A stretch of 64,000 bases of DNA, from assembly GCA_937988745.1 (NCBI GenBank), contig CALKAR010000208.1, positions 13,108 to 77,107 on the forward strand. The letters are read 5' to 3'. The notes below the pieces were generated by a model. It was given only the letters and a program-made list of their open reading frames with translations, was not told where the DNA came from and did no database searches. A program made the translations under genes and the position numbers. Source of the DNA: an uncultured Peptococcaceae bacterium. Its GTDB lineage: Bacteria; Bacillota; Limnochordia; Darwinibacteriales; Darwinibacteriaceae. Positions 9,704 to 18,677 of this stretch are shown one piece after another. The stretch's first letter is position 1. Each line of letters begins with the position of its first letter.

Positions 9704-10171
9704 GTGTTTCTAGCCGTTTCTAAAAAAGCGCTGCGAATGGCCCTTGCGCTGTATTTGTTTGGACTGATGTGTGGAGCCGCAGGCACCATGCTCTTTACGT
9801 TGAAGCTTGTGGATGAGCTCTACTTAGAAAGGGACACGCTCTTAAGTGAACTGAGCGAGAGCAGAGTTCGAATCGATCTCTTAGAACAGAATTTGACAGA
9901 AAGGCGCACGCGAGTGGTACGCTCCGTTACTGTTCAGCTCGATGCAGGCGATCAGCACCTGTCCCTTAAGCTATCCAATGCGGCGCGTGAGCTCCTAGAG
10001 GGACTTATCGGTCAAGAGGTTTCAGCGGTAGATCCGACCTTGGTCGAAGCTATCTTCCACAAACGAATTCTTACGATAGAGCAGCACCAGTTTGAGCTCA
10101 ATCTCAAGTATCTCATAATTTCAGACACTGTTACGGTAAACCTAGATGTTACAAAAAGGCTGGGTCCATAA
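9704..10171 (+). CDS. ytrI: Sporulation membrane protein YtrI-like.
   Basis: 155 aa with one N-terminal TM helix, lying directly after ytrH and next to dnaE. The assignment rests mainly on synteny and architecture. Confidence 0.5.
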   Translation: MFLAVSKKALRMALALYLFGLMCGAAGTMLFTLKLVDELYLERDTLLSELSESRVRIDLLEQNLTERRTRVVRSVTVQLDAGDQHLSLKLSNAARELLEGLIGQEVSAVDPTLVEAIFHKRILTIEQHQFELNLKYLIISDTVTVNLDVTKRLGP

Positions 10172-10178
10172 CCCAGCC
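10158..10178 (-). terminator. Hairpin GGCTGGGT/ACCCAGCC between the convergent ytrI and murA genes.
   Basis: 8-bp GC-rich stem with an A-run on the plus side, which is a U-run for the minus-strand murA transcript. Confidence 0.5.
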
Positions 10179-10196
10179 TCAGACTTATGAAAACTA

Positions 10197-11498
10197 TTAA
10201 GCTTGCAGAGGTGACTCAGCAGAAAAGATCTCGATACCGTCGATCGTTTCCTCTCGTTTCGCCACAGCTCCGAGAGCTCGCAGTTTGTCCTCAAATCCCT
10301 CGTAACCGCGATCTAGTATTTCGATTCCATACAGTTCGGTTGTCCCTTCAGCAGCCAGAGCCGCAATCGCTAATGCGGCACCGGCTCTCAAATCCGTAAT
10401 CTCGACTGGAGCTCCGGTTAGTTTAGGGACTCCGCGGATAATAGCTGTTTCCCGCTCTGTCTTGATATCAGCGCCCATCCGCCGCAGTTCGTCGACATAG
10501 CGGAAGCGGTCGAAAATCGTCTCACGAATGACGCTGGTACCGTCGGCTACCGTCATGCAGGCCACAAAAGGCTGCTGCAGGTCAGTTGGAAAACCAGGAT
10601 AAGGGGTTGTTTCTACCTCGATAGGCTGCAGCTTCTCTGGCGCAATAACCCGCAGCTCAGTCGCTCTCTTTTCGATAGTGACTCCAGCCTCTTCCAGCTT
10701 GAGGATTGGTGCCCTGAGGTGCTCAGGTACCACGTTCTTCAGCGTCACGTCACCGCCAGTGACCGCTGCAGCGCACATAAAGGTACCTGCTTCGATGCGG
10801 TCGGGAATAATGCTGTACTCAATACCCCGTAGAGAAGGAACGCCTTCGATACGGATTACATCAGTACCAGCTCCGCGGACTTTCGCGCCCATGCCGTTTA
10901 GGAAAATCGCTAAGTCGACCACCTCAGGTTCCTTAGCAGCATTCTCCAGCACGGTGACACCTTCACCTAACGAAGCAGCGATCATTAAATTGACTGTGGT
11001 TCCCACACTGGAGCGATTTATGTAAAAATGTGTTCCTGCGAGGCGATCACAGGTGGCTTTCATAAAGCCGTGTTCGATAGTAACCTCAGCACCCATTTGG
11101 GTAAAACCGCGGATGTGGTAGTCCACTGGACGCGAACCAATGGCGCATCCGCCTGGCAGAGGAACTTCTGCACGCCCCAGCCGGGCTAGGAGGAGACCTG
11201 CGGTGTAAAACGAGGCGCGCATTTTACGAACTAAATGGTACGGAGCTTGATACTTATTCAGGGTCTTCCCGTTCACGTGGAGCAGCCCGTCTTTATCGAA
11301 CCAAACTTCCACACCAAGACTCCTTAAGATAAGGCAGATTGTTCCCACATCCCCGACGCGAGGGACGTTCTCTAAGACGCATTCTCCTTCAGTCGCCAGT
11401 GCCGCTGCAACAATAATTGCTAAAGCACTGTTCTTAGCACCACTGATATTAACAGTCCCTTTCAGCGGCCGGCCGCCTTCGATAATTAATCTAGCCAT
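10197..11498 (-). CDS. murA: UDP-N-acetylglucosamine 1-carboxyvinyltransferase.
   Basis: 433 aa with NISGAKNSALAI, the active-site region LPGGCAIGSRPVD and an EPSP-synthase-like fold sequence throughout. Confidence 0.93.
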   Translation of the reverse strand: MARLIIEGGRPLKGTVNISGAKNSALAIIVAAALATEGECVLENVPRVGDVGTICLILRSLGVEVWFDKDGLLHVNGKTLNKYQAPYHLVRKMRASFYTAGLLLARLGRAEVPLPGGCAIGSRPVDYHIRGFTQMGAEVTIEHGFMKATCDRLAGTHFYINRSSVGTTVNLMIAASLGEGVTVLENAAKEPEVVDLAIFLNGMGAKVRGAGTDVIRIEGVPSLRGIEYSIIPDRIEAGTFMCAAAVTGGDVTLKNVVPEHLRAPILKLEEAGVTIEKRATELRVIAPEKLQPIEVETTPYPGFPTDLQQPFVACMTVADGTSVIRETIFDRFRYVDELRRMGADIKTERETAIIRGVPKLTGAPVEITDLRAGAALAIAALAAEGTTELYGIEILDRGYEGFEDKLRALGAVAKREETIDGIEIFSAESPLQA

Positions 11499-11775
11499 CT
11501 AGAGTCCACCCCCCTCGTTTGGGTAAGTTCTTAAGATAATAACCAACAATTTCTTCAAGCAAGTCGTTCCTTTCAATTCTCTGCATCATCTGACGCGCTT
11601 CTAAATGAGAAGTAATATACGATGGATCACCTGACACGAGATAACCTACAATTTGATCCAGCGGATTATACCCCTTCTCTTCTAGTGCGCGACAGACTGT
11701 CTGCAGCGTCTGTGCGATATTTAGTTTATCTTTATCCACTGGAGAAAACATCCGAGTGTGTTCAGAAACATCCAC
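11491..11775 (-). CDS. IreB/UPF0297 (YrzL-like) family regulatory phosphoprotein.
   Basis: LEEKGYNPLDQIVGYLVSGDPSYITSH..AR....IERNDLLEEIV is the UPF0297 signature. Confidence 0.8.
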   Translation of the reverse strand: MDVSEHTRMFSPVDKDKLNIAQTLQTVCRALEEKGYNPLDQIVGYLVSGDPSYITSHLEARQMMQRIERNDLLEEIVGYYLKNLPKRGGWTLDG

Positions 11776-11937
11776 TCTGTGAACCCCCTTCAGAATACTA
11801 TTGCATAACCCTGCCTGCTATAACGATTCGGTCATGTACCAATGGCTGTGAGGGCAGACTTAACTTGCAAGGATTTCCGGTCATGTTGTGGAATAACCTT
11901 GATTATAACACAAATCACAGCTTGGAAGGTGTATGCT

Positions 11938-12357
11938 ATGAATGATCGCAGGCTTTATTTATCCCAAGACAAACTTATCGGGGGAGTAGCGGGAGGAATT
12001 GCAGAATATTTTGGCATCGATCCCACGATTGTCAGGCTCTTGTTCGTCCTTGGCGTTTGGATGAATGGTATTACTATTCTGCTCTACATCGTGGGCATGT
12101 TTGTAATACCGGAACGTCCCTATGATCATACTGTATATCCAGGGGAAGAACAGAGTGGAATGGAAAACATCCGCCGCGCTGCTCGCTCCCTCACAGAAGG
12201 AAACAACTCGAGGAACCTGGGGTTTCTGCTGATCGGGATCGGAGTTATCCTCCTCCTCCGACTGGTGATTCCCCTTGACTGGAGCATTATCCTGCCCATA
12301 GTCTTAATTATTATCGGCGGGGCTCTCCTCGTACGGGGGTTTGGAGATCGCCTATGA
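11938..12357 (+). CDS. PspC-domain membrane protein.
   Basis: RLYLSQDKLIGGVAGGIAEYFGIDPTIVRLLFVL is the PspC domain, followed by TM segments. Start ATG at 11938 after GGAAGG. Confidence 0.8.
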   Translation: MNDRRLYLSQDKLIGGVAGGIAEYFGIDPTIVRLLFVLGVWMNGITILLYIVGMFVIPERPYDHTVYPGEEQSGMENIRRAARSLTEGNNSRNLGFLLIGIGVILLLRLVIPLDWSIILPIVLIIIGGALLVRGFGDRL

Positions 12358-13241
12358 AGAGCGGTAAACTGACTGTTGGAACAGCTTTTCTGGTCATTGG
12401 AGTGCTGCTGTTGGGGCGGACTGCCGGATGGTTCCCAGCGTTTTCCTGGGCACACCTGCTCAGGTTCTGGCCGGTTATCTTTATCGCGCTCGGACTCGAA
12501 CTGATTTTTCCAAAAGGAATCCTTTCCCTGCTGGCTCCGCTGTCGATCGTGATTGCCGTAATCTTTGCACTCAGTGGGCCAGCTGCACTTCCTGATAAGC
12601 TAGAGTGGCATTCCCTACCCACCAGAACCATTACCGCACCTAGTGCCACGCCAGAAGCTGAACTCATACTCAATGATATGCCAGCCATCAGAATCGAACT
12701 GCTGGGCAGCAGCGGTCTCCCGGGCAATCAAGTGCTTGCCGCGGGCCAAATGGGCCTTATGCGCACAACTCAGGTTGTGTCAATCCAAGGCCGCAACCAC
12801 TTCAGCCTAACCGCTCGATCACGCTGGAGTACAGGCATCAAGCCTCTAAAGATTACTTTGCCCACCTATCCTATTTGGGCAAGTACGATTAATGCAGGCA
12901 TTCTCTCGGGGCATATGGACTTGACTGAACTGAAATGGTCTAACCTAACTGTTAATTCGGGCATCACAAATCTGGAAATCAGCTTGGCTGATCCCCAGGC
13001 GGACCAGACGCTCCATTTCCGCACTGGAATTGCTAACCTGGTACTGCATATGCCCCGAGGAATAAATCTGCAGGTTATTTCCAATTCTCCTTTTCCCCTA
13101 CGCCAGCTCACCAATGCTCAATTTACACGATTGGGCAAGCGCTATACGGCACCAGGCTTCGATCCCACACAGCCAAGCATAGAAATTGTGATCGATGCTG
13201 GTATTTCCTCAGTCGAAGTGGTCTGGCAGGGTTTAATTTAA
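12354..13241 (+). CDS. LiaF-like membrane protein with a repetitive beta-rich C-terminal domain.
   Basis: N-terminal TM helices and a C-terminal repetitive region (LTVNSGITNLEISL..., TGIANLVLHMP). ATGA overlap with the PspC gene. Confidence 0.5.
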   Translation: MKSGKLTVGTAFLVIGVLLLGRTAGWFPAFSWAHLLRFWPVIFIALGLELIFPKGILSLLAPLSIVIAVIFALSGPAALPDKLEWHSLPTRTITAPSATPEAELILNDMPAIRIELLGSSGLPGNQVLAAGQMGLMRTTQVVSIQGRNHFSLTARSRWSTGIKPLKITLPTYPIWASTINAGILSGHMDLTELKWSNLTVNSGITNLEISLADPQADQTLHFRTGIANLVLHMPRGINLQVISNSPFPLRQLTNAQFTRLGKRYTAPGFDPTQPSIEIVIDAGISSVEVVWQGLI

Positions 13242-14854
13242 TCCTCTGGATACAGTGTACCTGCGGCGGACTGGGCGATATTGTTTGCATGGTCCGCCAC
13301 CCTCTCTAGGTTACTAATTAAGTCAAGGAAGAGAATCCCTGCATCTGTCTGACAGACACCCTCATTCAGCCGCTTAATGTGCTCCATACGAAAACGCTTT
13401 TCCATCTCATCAATTATCTCATCTTCTTCAACAAGTTGAAGTGCGCGTTCCGCATCTTCTTGTTCACACGCCTCCATGACCTCTTTCAATATTCGGATGA
13501 CGTTGTCACGCATCAATATAATGTCCTCCACAGCACTTTCGCTGATAGGTACATTCCGCTCGATACGTTCACTCGCCAGCTCGCTAATGTTCACGGCATG
13601 GTCTGCGACACGCTCAATGTCATTGACTACATGCAGAATATTGGTAATCTTGCGGGAAAGATTCTTGTCTAAAATTCCCTGCGTCTGCTCAGTCATATAA
13701 ATGGTAATCGCTTTTTCAAGTTCATTCACCAGCTCCTCACGCTGATCTAAGTTAGCCATAGGAGCTGAGTCTGCCTTCAAAAAAGCGTTAACCGCATCAT
13801 CCACCATACTGATCGCGATCTCTGCCATCCGCTGCACTTCTTTCTGCGCTGCATAAACAGCACCTGGCGAATGACTCACCCGTGGGTCAAGATGTATAGG
13901 TTTGAAATCGAGTTCTACTTCCTCACCAGGAAGAATGGTGCGTACAATGCTGACAAAGGGATTGATCAGAGGCAGCAGAATCAAGGTGTTGGCTAAGTTA
14001 AACAGTGTGTGCGCGTTCGCAATCTGTCTGGTTACACTGCCTGATGTCGCCCCTACCAAAGCAGTGAAAGGACCCTGGAAAATCAGGAACAGCATTGCAC
14101 CAAAAATGTTGAACAGAAAATGCGCCAAGGCTGCCCGGCGAGCGGACAGATTGGCCCCGATAGCCGCCAAAGCTGCTGTGATGCAGGTTCCAATGTTGGC
14201 ACCAACGGTAATGGCAAGACCAGCAGGTAGGTTGATTAATCCCTGCAGAGAAAAGGCAATTACCAAGCCTGTTGTTGCGCTGGAGCTCTGAATAATCATA
14301 GTAAATACCATGCCGGCCAATACACCTAAGAGAGGATTTTGACCCAAATACAGCAAGGTATTTACAAAGGGCTCGTAGGAACGGAGCGGATAGACTGCCT
14401 CACTCATTGTGGAAAGACCGACGAGGAGTAACCCAAATCCTAACATACCAGTGCCTATATGACGGTAGGTCCGCTTGCGGCTGAAGAACGCGAGACCAGC
14501 ACCTAAAGCAAGAAGCGGGAAAGCCAGCTGGTAGATATCAAACGACACAATCTGCGCTGTGATTGTGGTTCCAATATTGGCTCCCATAATGACGCCTACA
14601 GCTTGCTTCAGCGTCATCAAACCAGAGTTGACAAATCCCACTGTCATCACGGTCGTGGTCGAGCTTGATTGAACCAAAACTGTAACAAGTCCACCTGTGA
14701 AAACGGCCAAAGCCGGTTTGGAGGTAAACAGCTCCAAAATACGGCGGAGCCTGTCCCCAGCAGCTTTTTGTAATCCTTCTGCCATCTGCTGCATACCAAT
14801 CAAGAAGATACCAAGACCACCTAATAAGCCTAACACCATTGATAAGTTCATCAC
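13238..14854 (-). CDS. Na/Pi cotransporter family protein with C-terminal PhoU-like repeats.
   Basis: Duplicated Na_Pi_cotrans segments (QSSSTTT... and QSSSATTG...) and a C-terminal repeated ERVADHA motif. Confidence 0.85.
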   Translation of the reverse strand: MMNLSMVLGLLGGLGIFLIGMQQMAEGLQKAAGDRLRRILELFTSKPALAVFTGGLVTVLVQSSSTTTVMTVGFVNSGLMTLKQAVGVIMGANIGTTITAQIVSFDIYQLAFPLLALGAGLAFFSRKRTYRHIGTGMLGFGLLLVGLSTMSEAVYPLRSYEPFVNTLLYLGQNPLLGVLAGMVFTMIIQSSSATTGLVIAFSLQGLINLPAGLAITVGANIGTCITAALAAIGANLSARRAALAHFLFNIFGAMLFLIFQGPFTALVGATSGSVTRQIANAHTLFNLANTLILLPLINPFVSIVRTILPGEEVELDFKPIHLDPRVSHSPGAVYAAQKEVQRMAEIAISMVDDAVNAFLKADSAPMANLDQREELVNELEKAITIYMTEQTQGILDKNLSRKITNILHVVNDIERVADHAVNISELASERIERNVPISESAVEDIILMRDNVIRILKEVMEACEQEDAERALQLVEEDEIIDEMEKRFRMEHIKRLNEGVCQTDAGILFLDLISNLERVADHANNIAQSAAGTLYPED

Positions 14855-14913
14855 TCACAGCCTCCCTGCAGAGAAAGCATACTATTAAACAGATTAGAAA
14901 CTGGAGGTCCGTC

Positions 14914-15945
14914 ATGCGCATTCTGCTTCTCTCTGAGTTCTTTCTCAGCGGTCAGACAACCCATGTCATGGATCTGGCTGAACAGCTGCAGAAGCTTGGG
15001 CACAGTGTGCATCTTCGCTTAACTCGGGTTCACACACCGCTTTATGCCACTGAATATGCACCTCAGTTGAAGAAGCTTGGGCTCCCTGTATCTACAGGAA
15101 GCAGCGCGAGCGGACTCAACTACCTGACACGCACCTTTCGCCCTGACCTTATCCACGCACACAGCTCAACCCTGTTCAGCCTTGCTCACCGCTTAGCTTA
15201 TCGCCTGCAGATTCCATATGTACTAACCTGCCACGGTTTAGGTTTTGATCATCCTAAATATGCAGACGTTCTGAAGAATGCGGCTGCCGTAATAGCTGTA
15301 GGCCCAAATGCTGCTGAAGCGATTAAGAAAACCGTCACAAATCTCTTCATCATTCCAAATGGAGTGAACACAGACTATTATGTACCGCCTCTCGGCGACC
15401 GAACGCGCAAGCAGATCTTCTACATCGGCCGCATCGATGAGACTAGAGTCTCTGGCATCAAATACCTTACCCATGTACTCAACTCATATTTTGACCAAAA
15501 CCTCGGTATCATAGGCGACAAAGACCCACGAGTGCCGGGGACCATTTTCCATCCATGGAAAACTGATCTTAAGCCTGCACTCCAGCAGGCAGGCATAGTC
15601 GCTGCCTGTGGACGCACTGCCCGGGAAGCTCTAGCCAGCGGTTGTGCAGTTCTTTTGATGCAGCGCAGTTACGATGGACTAATCTCACCAGCTCTGGTCA
15701 GCCGCTCTAACTTCGATTTCAGCGGCAACCTTGGACGCTACCCCTTCTCCCGGATAGTGCAGGATCTGAGACTGTTGTTTGGCTCCGAAAACAAACTTAA
15801 GAGACTTCAGAAATGGAGCCGAACGTATGCCGAGACGCATCTCAGCAGCACTGCTGCCGCTCTCCAAGTCGTCGCGGTCTACGAGCAAGCACTGCAGAAT
15901 CCTACTCGTCGCCCACCTTATCCCTACCGGCTGCTTCGGCGATAA
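14914..15945 (+). CDS. Glycosyltransferase, GT4/GT-B family.
   Basis: MRILLLSEFF..GQTTHV N-terminus and a GT-B C-terminal half. Start trimmed to ATG at 14914 after GGAGG. Confidence 0.75.
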   Translation: MRILLLSEFFLSGQTTHVMDLAEQLQKLGHSVHLRLTRVHTPLYATEYAPQLKKLGLPVSTGSSASGLNYLTRTFRPDLIHAHSSTLFSLAHRLAYRLQIPYVLTCHGLGFDHPKYADVLKNAAAVIAVGPNAAEAIKKTVTNLFIIPNGVNTDYYVPPLGDRTRKQIFYIGRIDETRVSGIKYLTHVLNSYFDQNLGIIGDKDPRVPGTIFHPWKTDLKPALQQAGIVAACGRTAREALASGCAVLLMQRSYDGLISPALVSRSNFDFSGNLGRYPFSRIVQDLRLLFGSENKLKRLQKWSRTYAETHLSSTAAALQVVAVYEQALQNPTRRPPYPYRLLRR

Positions 15946-16477
15946 AAATCTCGTACTCCTCCACCCCCAGCCTGAAATTGAGCCACCGGGCAGCTACATA
16001 AAGATAGTCACTGAGGCGGTTTAAGAACTTAAGGACCGATGCTAGATCACCTTCAAGTGCACACACCCGCCTTTCAGCCCTCCGACAGACTGTGCGGGCA
16101 ACGTGAAGTTGAGCAGCGGTAGTTGTTCCTCCCTTTGGGCCAGGCATTAAGAACCTAGTCTGGCGCGGCAGATCTCTTTCCATCTCGTCAATCCAGCGTT
16201 CCAGCTGCTCTGTGGTCTTCACTGAGAGCTGAAACTCTCCCGGCGCCGAGAGCTCCTCTCTGGCCAGGATAGAACCGATCACAAACAGCTTCTCTTGAAT
16301 CCACATCAGCTGGTCTGCTAGCTTAGGCGGGGACATAGTGGCGGCCAAGCCTAAGTTAGCCGTCAATTCATCAACTGTCCCGTAGGCTTCTACTTGAGGA
16401 TGTGTCTTCGACACGGCCGTACCGCCCAAGAGCTCGGTCCGTCCTTCATCGCCGCGACGAGTATAGATCTTGTCCAC
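15902..16477 (-). CDS. PduO-type ATP:cob(I)alamin adenosyltransferase.
   Basis: IYTRRGDEGRTEL...K.....EAYGTVDEL is the PduO/MMAB-type signature. Its 3' end overlaps the convergent glycosyltransferase gene by 44 nt. Confidence 0.85.
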   Translation of the reverse strand: MDKIYTRRGDEGRTELLGGTAVSKTHPQVEAYGTVDELTANLGLAATMSPPKLADQLMWIQEKLFVIGSILAREELSAPGEFQLSVKTTEQLERWIDEMERDLPRQTRFLMPGPKGGTTTAAQLHVARTVCRRAERRVCALEGDLASVLKFLNRLSDYLYVAARWLNFRLGVEEYEIFIAEAAGRDKVGDE

Positions 16478-16502
16478 TTTTTCACCTCATTTCAGGCAAA
16501 AT

Positions 16503-16527
16503 AAAAAAACCTCATCCGAGGATGAGG
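16503..16527 (-). terminator. Intrinsic terminator after the tRNA-Gln/tRNA-Glu pair.
   Basis: Stem CCTCATC/GATGAGG with a 4-nt loop. The plus-strand A7 run gives a U-run on the minus transcript. Confidence 0.7.
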
Positions 16528-16538
16528 TTTATCTCGTA

Positions 16539-16614
16539 TGGCACTCCCAAGGGGATTTGAACCCCTGCCTTCGCCGTGAGAGGGCGATGTCCTAGGCCCC
16601 TAGACGATGGGAGC
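16539..16614 (-). tRNA. tRNA-Glu (anticodon CUC), CCA encoded.
   Basis: The reverse complement folds as acceptor GCTCCCA/TGGGAGT (G1-U72), anticodon stem TCGCC/GGCGA with loop CTCTCAC, and T arm GGGGTTCAAATCCCC. Confidence 0.9.
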
Positions 16615-16625
16615 ACATATATTCA

Positions 16626-16699
16626 TGGCTGGGGGACTAGGATTCGAACCTAGACTAGATGAGTCAGAGTCATCCGTCCTGCCATTAGACGATCCCCCA
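16626..16699 (-). tRNA. tRNA-Gln (anticodon CUG), CCA encoded.
   Basis: The reverse complement is TGGGGGATCGTCTAATGGCAGGACG..., with anticodon stem GATGA/TCATC and loop CTCTGAC, T arm CTAGGTTCGAATCCTAG and acceptor TGGGGGA/TCCCCCA. Confidence 0.9.
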
Positions 16700-16711
16700 G
16701 CGACATGAATA

Positions 16712-16740
16712 ACTATACCACATCCTCTTGAAAAAAACAA
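16712..16740 (-). promoter_or_regulatory. Candidate promoter for the tRNA-Gln/Glu pair.
   Basis: On the minus strand: TTGTTT, 17 nt, TGG-TATAGT (extended -10). The -10 ends about 12 nt before the tRNA-Gln 5' end. Confidence 0.45.
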
Positions 16741-16759
16741 GAGGTAAATTGGTTTTTTC

Positions 16760-17173
16760 TCAAAGAATCTCTATGGACCAGTCTATGGACGCAGTTTTCG
16801 ACAGCATACCCGCTACAGAACAGTACTTTTCCATGCTCAGACGCACGGCATCCTGAAGCGGTTTTTCGGTAAGTCCTTCGCCCTCAAATACAAATTTCAC
16901 ATTTATCTTCGTGAACACCCTTGGATGTTCCTCTGCCCTTTCCGCATCTAAGAAAATTTCCATGCGGCGCAAATTGAGGCGCTTCTTCTGCACGATGGAA
17001 ACCACATCAATCCCTGAACATCCAGCTAAACCCATAAGAACCATTTCCATAGGGCTAGCCGCAGCACCATCGCCACCGTGGTCAGGGCTGACATCCATTA
17101 CCACTGCATGGTTGGAACCGGAGATTCCCACGAACCCCATCTTTCCATTCCACTGCACACGTGCCTGCATCAT
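16760..17173 (-). CDS. OsmC family peroxiredoxin-like protein.
   Basis: 137 aa with the two conserved Cys contexts (LAGCSGIDV and KYCSVAGML) typical of OsmC/Ohr. Confidence 0.85.
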   Translation of the reverse strand: MMQARVQWNGKMGFVGISGSNHAVVMDVSPDHGGDGAAASPMEMVLMGLAGCSGIDVVSIVQKKRLNLRRMEIFLDAERAEEHPRVFTKINVKFVFEGEGLTEKPLQDAVRLSMEKYCSVAGMLSKTASIDWSIEIL

Positions 17174-17189
17174 GAACGCTCCCTTCTAA

Positions 17190-18665
17190 TTATTCCTCAC
17201 TTTTTTCCGCAATTAGAGCCAAGGCGCGATCAATCCGGGTCAATACTGTATCTTTGCCTAGTATTTCTAGTACCTCATAAATGCCTGGGCTTACATTGGT
17301 ACCTGTAAGGGCCACCCGCAGGGGTGGAATAATCTTCCCTAACTTGAGATCAAACTTCGCCATAGCCTCCTTAAACACAGGAGCCAAAAATTCCTCACTG
17401 AAATTCTCCACATCGGCAAACTGATTACGCAGGAACTGGAGAATATCAGCGGCCTGGCCTTTAAGGAGGAACTTCGTCACCGCTTTCTCATCATATGTGA
17501 ATTCATCAGAGAAGAAATAGCGGGACATTTCTACGACTTCGCTTACCAGTTTCACCCGGCTCTGTAGTTCTTTCAGTACCTTCCTTACCTTTTCCTCCAC
17601 ATCGGAGTTCAGTTCCTCTGGCACCAATCCCGCCTTCTGCAGATAAGCTACTGCACGCTGATAGAACTCATCTAGGTCTAGTTCCCGAATGTAAACGCCG
17701 TTCATCCACTGAAGCTTTTGGAAGTCAAATACCGCAGCGTTCTTCGAGACGCGCTCTAACGAAAACTTCTCGATCAGTTCTTCCCTAGTAAAGAGGGTCG
17801 AACTGTCGTCATAGCCCCATCCTAAGAGCGCGAGATAATTCACCATTGCATCTGGGAGATAACCTTCTTCCTCAAACTGTGTGACAGAAGTGGCACCATG
17901 GCGTTTGCTGAGACGCGTTTTGTCTGAACCGAGGATCATAGGAATATGTGCGAACTCGGGTACCGCAAATCCCAAAGCCTCATACAGCTGAATCTGTTTA
18001 GGTGTGTTGGGGATGTGGTCCTCACCCCGGATAACATGGGTGATCTCCATCAGCGCATCGTCAATTACCACTGCGAAGTTGTATGTCGGGACCCCATCAG
18101 ACTTAATAATGACGAAATCATCGACTTGACTGTTGGGGAACTTGACACTGCCGCGGACTATGTCAGGGAACTCCAGTTCCCCTTCCTTAATAGATAAGAA
18201 ACGAAGAACTGGCTTGCGCCCCTCTGCGCGAAAGGCTTCTTTCTCTGCTTCAGTCAACTTCAAGCAGCGGCCATCATAGTGCATGTCTAGTTTCTGCTCT
18301 CTCTGAATGCGGCGCTGTTCTTCGAGCTCTTCAGGTGTGCAGAAACATTCATATGCCCGGCCCTTATCTACGAGCTTCTGCGCATATTCACGGTATAATT
18401 CGAGGCGTTCGGTCTGAAAATACGGGCCGTAGTCGCCGCCCACTCCAGGGCCTTCGTCCCAATCAAGACCGAGGAAGCGCATTCCTTCTAATATTCCTTG
18501 GACAGATTCTTCTGTTGAACGGGCTAAGTCCGTGTCTTCAATGCGCAGAACAAAACTACCACCATGCTTCCTGGCAAACAGCCAGTTATAAAGCGCGGTC
18601 CGTGCTCCACCCACATGCAGAAAACCAGTTGGGCTGGGAGCAAACCGCACCCTAACCTTGCTCAT
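17190..18665 (-). CDS. gltX: Glutamate--tRNA ligase.
   Basis: RVRFAPSPTGFLHVGGARTALYN (HIGH region) and LSKRHG (KMSKS-like), 491 aa. Confidence 0.95.
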   Translation of the reverse strand: MSKVRVRFAPSPTGFLHVGGARTALYNWLFARKHGGSFVLRIEDTDLARSTEESVQGILEGMRFLGLDWDEGPGVGGDYGPYFQTERLELYREYAQKLVDKGRAYECFCTPEELEEQRRIQREQKLDMHYDGRCLKLTEAEKEAFRAEGRKPVLRFLSIKEGELEFPDIVRGSVKFPNSQVDDFVIIKSDGVPTYNFAVVIDDALMEITHVIRGEDHIPNTPKQIQLYEALGFAVPEFAHIPMILGSDKTRLSKRHGATSVTQFEEEGYLPDAMVNYLALLGWGYDDSSTLFTREELIEKFSLERVSKNAAVFDFQKLQWMNGVYIRELDLDEFYQRAVAYLQKAGLVPEELNSDVEEKVRKVLKELQSRVKLVSEVVEMSRYFFSDEFTYDEKAVTKFLLKGQAADILQFLRNQFADVENFSEEFLAPVFKEAMAKFDLKLGKIIPPLRVALTGTNVSPGIYEVLEILGKDTVLTRIDRALALIAEKSEE

Positions 18666-18677
18666 TCTTCTTCCTCC

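Noticed and set aside
12126-12727. Minus-strand ORFs of 109 and 138 aa opposite the PspC/LiaF-like genes.
   Set aside because: They are Arg/Ser/Pro-rich antisense translations without start signals. The plus-strand genes have clear domain signatures.
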